Positions 27,991 through 32,000 of a DNA stretch of 32,000 bases are shown here, one piece after another (positions within the stretch are counted from its first letter, which is position 1; each line of letters opens with the position of its first letter). The notes below the pieces were generated by a model. It had not been told where the DNA came from and made no database searches. It was given only the letters and a program-made list of their open reading frames with translations. The DNA is from Thermoproteus tenax Kra 1 (GTDB lineage: Archaea; Thermoproteota; Thermoprotei; Thermoproteales; Thermoproteaceae): the NCBI RefSeq assembly GCF_000253055.1, contig NC_016070.1, forward strand, positions 1,350,001 through 1,382,000, in the 5' to 3' direction. The position numbers and the translations under genes were made by a program.

Positions 27991-28698
27991 GTGATAGTGG
28001 GGATATGCGGCTTCGCGCGTAGTAGAAGGGACGTCTATAGTGCTCTGGATGCAGTTGAGCTACAGGAGACCTTCTATAATCTCCCAAATGAGGAAAGGCT
28101 CAGGGCCCTCAGCAGGGAGGCGCCTCCTGGTTTTGTCTTCACAGTTAAAGTGTTTCAAGGCATCACCCATCCGCCGACAAGCCCCACCTTCAAACGCACC
28201 AGAGGCTTCAGACCAACCGAAAACCACGGTCTGCTCAAACCGACAAGTGAGAACTTAGAGCTTTGGGATCTCTTCAGACGGCTGACTAAACCCTTAGGCG
28301 CCAGGGTCTATGTCTTTCAGACGCCGCCAAGCATGAGGACAGAGCATCTATCCGCCGCGCTGGAGTTCTTCAGAACTATAAGAGGCGATGAAACGATAGC
28401 ATGGGAGCCGAGGGGGGAGGTGGCCAACGTAGAGGGGCTCGATGCCGCGCTGGCCGAGATCAACGTCTCTCTAGTGGTAGACCCTCTGAAGAGGCCGTTG
28501 CCGAACTCCCCAATACACTATTTCAGACTGCACGGAATGGGGGGCGAGGTCAATTATAGGTATAAATATACTGATGATGACTTAAATAAATTATTAATTA
28601 TTTCTAAAAAAGCAAAAAATCCTTATATTATGTTTAATAATATTTATATGTTTGATGATGCAGTTAGATTTAAGAGGCTGGCGTCAGCTATTTCTTGA
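27991..28698 (+). CDS. DUF72 family protein (YecE-like)
   Basis: VVIVGICGFARSRRDVYSALDAVELQETFYNLPNEERLRALSREAPPGFVFTVKVFQGITHP, WEPRG, VDPL, YFRLHG. Start shortened from 27922 because of a TATA-like ATATAAAA at about 27971. Confidence 0.85.
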   Translation: MIVGICGFARSRRDVYSALDAVELQETFYNLPNEERLRALSREAPPGFVFTVKVFQGITHPPTSPTFKRTRGFRPTENHGLLKPTSENLELWDLFRRLTKPLGARVYVFQTPPSMRTEHLSAALEFFRTIRGDETIAWEPRGEVANVEGLDAALAEINVSLVVDPLKRPLPNSPIHYFRLHGMGGEVNYRYKYTDDDLNKLLIISKKAKNPYIMFNNIYMFDDAVRFKRLASAIS

Positions 28699-29653
28699 GC
28701 CTATAGGTGCGCGTCCCTAGGCCTCTGTCGTAGTCTATCTCTACTTTCCCAGTCAAGAGAAGGAGCGCCGGCAAATAGGGCGAGGCATCTATCTTTCTCC
28801 TCTCTTGGCCGTTCTTCAACGACCTCTTCCAAGCCTCGTGGACTGGGGAGGCCGGCGCATATTTCAGAGATCTCTCGATGAGCTTCACAGTGGTCTTGAG
28901 ACAGGGCGATCCGTTGCATGTGTCCGTAGGATTTCTCAAGATTCTTACGGAATAATAGACTAGGGGGGCAGTTATAGGAAGACCAGTGGTTGGATCGTCT
29001 ACCAGCTTAACTGAGATATTACGGGCCGAGAAGATAGTGGACCAATAGCGGCGGGCTATTTCGTCGTAATCGTCTATGCCGAACACTCTGCGCGCGTGCT
29101 CTCTGACAAGCCTATCGACTATCTCCTCCTCGTCATCTCCTTTCAATTTCAACGACCTTAACTCTGCAATGACCCTATAATGGTTCCAGTCCCTCGTCCT
29201 GCCCACAAGGTATGGATCCACTTCCAGAATATTCCGGGCTCTCTCCCATAGTTTCTCAAAAAATTTGAGAGCGCCCAGAGCGTCGTCTCCGCAGTTAGAC
29301 AAGAGGACGCCGGTAGAGGAGCCGGAGACAACATCATAGGTTAAGTCTCCGCCGAAAGCAGCACAGACGGTCTGTTCCCTTTTGAATATATAGAACGATG
29401 AGAACAATTTTGGTACATATCTCACTTCGACGTTGAAGTTGTCTATCGCCTCTAACATCTTCAACTTTCCCAAAACGGGCCCTTGCGTGACTACTTTGAC
29501 CGAATACTCCCGTGAGACTAAGCTCCGGAGCCCCGCTCCCCCCAAGATCCTAGTGGCGATGAGGATCTCACGGGGCCTATATTCTGAGAGACAGTTCTCC
29601 AAACTGGCGCAAAGCATGAAGGGAAGGGCTTGCTTAAAATATAAGTATTGCAC
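28688..29653 (-). CDS. Hypothetical protein with possible degenerate phospholipase-D-like fold segment
   Basis: 321-aa ORF; NFNVEVRYVPKLFSSFYIFKREQTVCAAFGGDLTYDVVSGSSTGVLLSNCGDDALGALKFFEKLWERA. Confidence 0.7.
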   Translation of the reverse strand: MQYLYFKQALPFMLCASLENCLSEYRPREILIATRILGGAGLRSLVSREYSVKVVTQGPVLGKLKMLEAIDNFNVEVRYVPKLFSSFYIFKREQTVCAAFGGDLTYDVVSGSSTGVLLSNCGDDALGALKFFEKLWERARNILEVDPYLVGRTRDWNHYRVIAELRSLKLKGDDEEEIVDRLVREHARRVFGIDDYDEIARRYWSTIFSARNISVKLVDDPTTGLPITAPLVYYSVRILRNPTDTCNGSPCLKTTVKLIERSLKYAPASPVHEAWKRSLKNGQERRKIDASPYLPALLLLTGKVEIDYDRGLGTRTYRLKK

Positions 29654-29695
29654 AGCGAGCGTGATGAAAGCCTCCGTACAAGATAAATGAAGAGT

Positions 29696-30127
29696 TCACG
29701 TACCGGCTGATTTCACCGAGGTATATATTCTACATCTGCCCTGTATATTCAACGTGGATCGCACCGTCTTACAAAGCGCTATGGCGCCCAATTCTGCGAG
29801 GTAGTTCCATAGCGGGCCTCTCTCTAGGGGGACTATCTCGGCGTCGCTCTCGTTGTGACGGGCGACAGAGTCTATCAACGTATAAATCGTCTTACCGAAG
29901 GAGATGGCCCTCCCTCTCACGTCGAAGTGCGGCCAAAACTCGCCGCATTTATAAACGGCCATTAATGCCTTTGCAAATACGCGGGGCCAAGACATCATAA
30001 GCACATCCAGCCTTACGTTTACTGCTATCTTGCAGGGGGAGCCAAAGCTAACAGTGTACTCAGCAGGACCTGAAACATTGAACGAGGGGTTTTCCAATTC
30101 TCCCTCGGTTATCTCAGGAAGCTCCAT
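29696..30127 (-). CDS. Hypothetical protein
   Basis: ORF track gives 29696..30220. The internal ATG at 30127 (MELPEITEGELENPSFN...) is preferred because a TATA-like TTTATTCC lies about 22 nt upstream. Confidence 0.6.
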   Translation of the reverse strand: MELPEITEGELENPSFNVSGPAEYTVSFGSPCKIAVNVRLDVLMMSWPRVFAKALMAVYKCGEFWPHFDVRGRAISFGKTIYTLIDSVARHNESDAEIVPLERGPLWNYLAELGAIALCKTVRSTLNIQGRCRIYTSVKSAGT

Positions 30128-30243
30128 GTCAGCATTAATACCTAAGGAATAAAGAGTTTCTCGGCCCAGAGGGGCTCTGCAAAACCGCGGCCCCCACCCT
30201 GAGAGGCCATAGGCGCCCACCTCGCGCCGTCAGTCCAATCTGG

Positions 30244-30263
30244 AGCTCCGGGCCGCCGGAGCT
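30244..30263. repeat. Perfect 8-bp stem hairpin (AGCTCCGG-GCCG-CCGGAGCT) inside a GC-rich intergenic segment
   Basis: Read directly from the sequence. A second stem AGGGG/CCCCT lies at 30277-30281/30292-30296. Confidence 0.85.
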
Positions 30264-30532
30264 GTGGCTCAGGTCAAGGGGCCGGATGTGCCCCCTGGTC
30301 GCCGGGCAGTTCAAAAACGGAGGGTAGTTGAAAACTGGAACGTTTTTCGGCGGGTTTATTGCAGGTTTCTTCCTGCATCGTCATGCCGAAAATCAGAAGG
30401 TCAGGAATTTTCGTGAGGCCTCGGCGGAGGCGCTGGGAATTCCTGAAGTGAATTCGCCGAAGATAGGCGCTCCGTGCAGGAGGAAGTGACATGTTTTGGG
30501 CGGATCGATATCCTCTTACTGATTTTTTCCAT

Positions 30533-30960
30533 GGAAGTATACAGAGCGCTCAAGGTCGAGCTGCCCCACCTTCTCGCCGAGGAGCGGCCGGACGTCCTAG
30601 ACCTCGCCGTAAGGATGCGCCCTGCGGCCGAGGAGTACGCCGAAAGGCTGTTGAAGGAGCTGGCGGGGAAGGGGGAGCCCAGACTCACGGCGGAGGAGTT
30701 GAACAGACTCCTCACTCCCGACAAACGCGAATTAGCGCACCGGATAATCGAGGAGGTGCCCCCAGGTACGACCTCAAGAAGTACTTCATAAAACAAGCTA
30801 AAACGTTCTGGAGCGATGTGGCGTTCCACCGGATGATCCCGTTGAGGACGAGCCGAAGGTTTCAACAGCGAGCGTTTGGTGCGGCCAAATTCGCCGAGCA
30901 TGTCCTTGATGTGCTTGACGCGATGTATGTGGAAAACGCGTTAAATCCCTTTAGCTCTGG
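30533..30960 (+). pseudogene. Possible frameshifted small protein gene, unknown function
   Basis: Frame A MEVYRALKVELPHLLAEERPDVLDLAVRMRPAAEEYAERLLKELAGKGEPRLTAEELNRLLTPDKRELAHRIIEEVPP, then after CCCCC a protein-like frame B RYDLKKYFIKQAKTFWSDVAFHRMIPL...FAEHVLDVLDAMYVENALNPF. Confidence 0.4.
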
Positions 30961-31057
30961 CTGTCTAGATCAAACATCTATTTTTCTTGGCGTTTTTACT
31001 CGACGTTTAAGAGTTGGGATTCTGTGCGAGATGAGGCTCTATCTTAGCAAAGATCAG

Positions 31058-31178
31058 CGGGCCCGGTGGGATTCGAACCCACGACCTACGGCTTTCCACG
31101 GGCGCCACGCGCCCTTAGGAGGCTCGGCGGACTTGGGCTGGGTCCACCGCCGCTCTATCCATGCTGAGCTACGGGCCC
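31058..31178 (-). tRNA. tRNA-Arg(CCT) with two introns: 31123..31146 (24 nt, position 30/31) and 31094..31115 (22 nt, position 37/38)
   Basis: Acceptor GGGCCCG/CGGGCCC, G73, D arm GCTCAGCATGGATAGAGC, T arm GTGGGTTCGAATCCCAC. Intron removal gives GCGGC-CTCCTAA-GCCGT. TATA-like AACATTTAAA about 24 nt upstream. Confidence 0.93.
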
Positions 31179-31218
31179 CTCCTCTTCTTGTTAATTGGGC
31201 TTTAAATGTTCAACACCC

Positions 31219-32000
31219 TTAGCTCACAGGCCTCCACACTAGGCCCAACTTGTCCGCATATCTGTACGCCTCCTCCATCTCCAACTCGCTTACGAGTCTG
31301 TTTATATCAGCATAGCGCCGGTATCTAGGCACCAGATAGTCTGGGTGATACTGGTCCATTATGTTCACCAATGCCCTCGGGCAGTTCTCCGCTATCCACT
31401 TCAGCACAGGCTTAGTACAACACTCCACATGGCCGGGCAGGACGAGGTGCCTTATTATTATGTCCTCTCCGCGCCTACAGAGCATTAGGAGATTCCTCGC
31501 GACCACCTCAACATAGCGCGGAGCTATGGAATATCTGAGCGCACATGAGTCGTTACCGTATTTGAAGTCGGGCAACCATATATCGATCACGTGGAGCATC
31601 AAGGAGAGCCCCTCGTGGGTCAAGTACATATTGCTGTTCCACAGCTGAGGGACGTTTATTCTCTTTTCCGCCAAGATCCTCATGGACTCGATTATAAAAG
31701 GTATATTTGGAGTGGGCTCTCCCCCGACCCAGTTTATATTGCGGGCTCCCTCTGACCTCAATTTGATCTGGATAAGGGCTAGCTGTCGTGAGCTGACCTC
31801 TACGCCGTTGTCAGGCCGTTGCGAGATGTCCCAGTTCTGGCAATAGACACATCTGAAGTTACAGCCTGTAAAGAACACAGTCCCCGAGGGCACGAGCGGC
31901 GCCTCCTCGCCAAGGTGATGAAACCAACTTGCCACCCTCGGCGTATCGTTGAGGAGACAAGCCCCCCTTGTCTTCGATCTATCTATGCCGCACCGCCTCT
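31219..32000 (-). CDS. Radical SAM protein, pyruvate-formate-lyase-activating-enzyme-like; N-terminus extends beyond window
   Basis: VFFTGCNFRCVYCQNWDISQ (CxxxCxxC), NWVGGEPTPNIPFIIE, LPDFKYGND. Frame open upstream of the GTG at 31935 as CRRCGIDRSKTRGACLLNDTPRVASWFHH to the window edge. Confidence 0.9.
   Translation of the reverse strand, partial: RRCGIDRSKTRGACLLNDTPRVASWFHHLGEEAPLVPSGTVFFTGCNFRCVYCQNWDISQRPDNGVEVSSRQLALIQIKLRSEGARNINWVGGEPTPNIPFIIESMRILAEKRINVPQLWNSNMYLTHEGLSLMLHVIDIWLPDFKYGNDSCALRYSIAPRYVEVVARNLLMLCRRGEDIIIRHLVLPGHVECCTKPVLKWIAENCPRALVNIMDQYHPDYLVPRYRRYADINRLVSELEMEEAYRYADKLGLVWRPVS

Noticed and set aside
30491-31222. 243-aa plus-strand ORF
   Set aside because: Runs antisense through the entire tRNA-Arg gene and its introns. 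Only the 30770-30960 part looks protein-like, and it belongs to a different gene model.
1-32000. CRISPR arrays, transposases, integrases, toxin-antitoxin or restriction modules
   Set aside because: I found no spaced direct-repeat array, transposase or integrase motif, or defence gene set. The solo Cas4-like gene is not evidence for a CRISPR locus.

Overview
This window looks like a chromosomal segment of a hyperthermophilic crenarchaeon, probably Thermoproteales and Thermoproteus-like. The assignment is inferred from multi-intron tRNAs, TATA boxes about 25 nt upstream of starts, and gene content. Most of it is housekeeping: thrS, an AdoMet/arginine decarboxylase-family pyruvoyl enzyme, an M48 protease, inositol-1-phosphate synthase, a nitrilase-family hydrolase, a GT2 glycosyltransferase, a membrane/HdrD-like reductase, a solo Cas4-like nuclease, a GTPBP1-like GTPase, a membrane pyrophosphatase, ATPase subunit I, an MTHFR-like protein, ribosomal proteins (uS3, uL29, uS13, uS4), RNase P p29, a seven-gene tetrapyrrole cluster (hemB, precorrin-2 dehydrogenase, hemD, SUMT, hemL, hemA, hemC), and a radical SAM protein. 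I found no convincing new defence or mobile system. The best sequence-level observations are: (1) a 38-bp stretch identical to TOPO-type cloning-vector polylinker that interrupts the HdrD-like gene, so it is an assembly or cloning artefact; (2) an asparaginase gene split by what looks like one extra G in a G-run; (3) an intron-containing tRNA-Ala(TGC) with a complete bulge-helix-bulge (BHB) motif at noncanonical position 29/30; (4) a tRNA-Arg(CCT) with two introns, at 30/31 and 37/38; (5) a GC-rich structured RNA candidate upstream of thrS whose long helices contain G.U pairs only on the minus strand; (6) a C/D-box-like sRNA candidate; (7) a perfect 11-bp inverted repeat; and (8) a very divergent PduO-like adenosyltransferase candidate.
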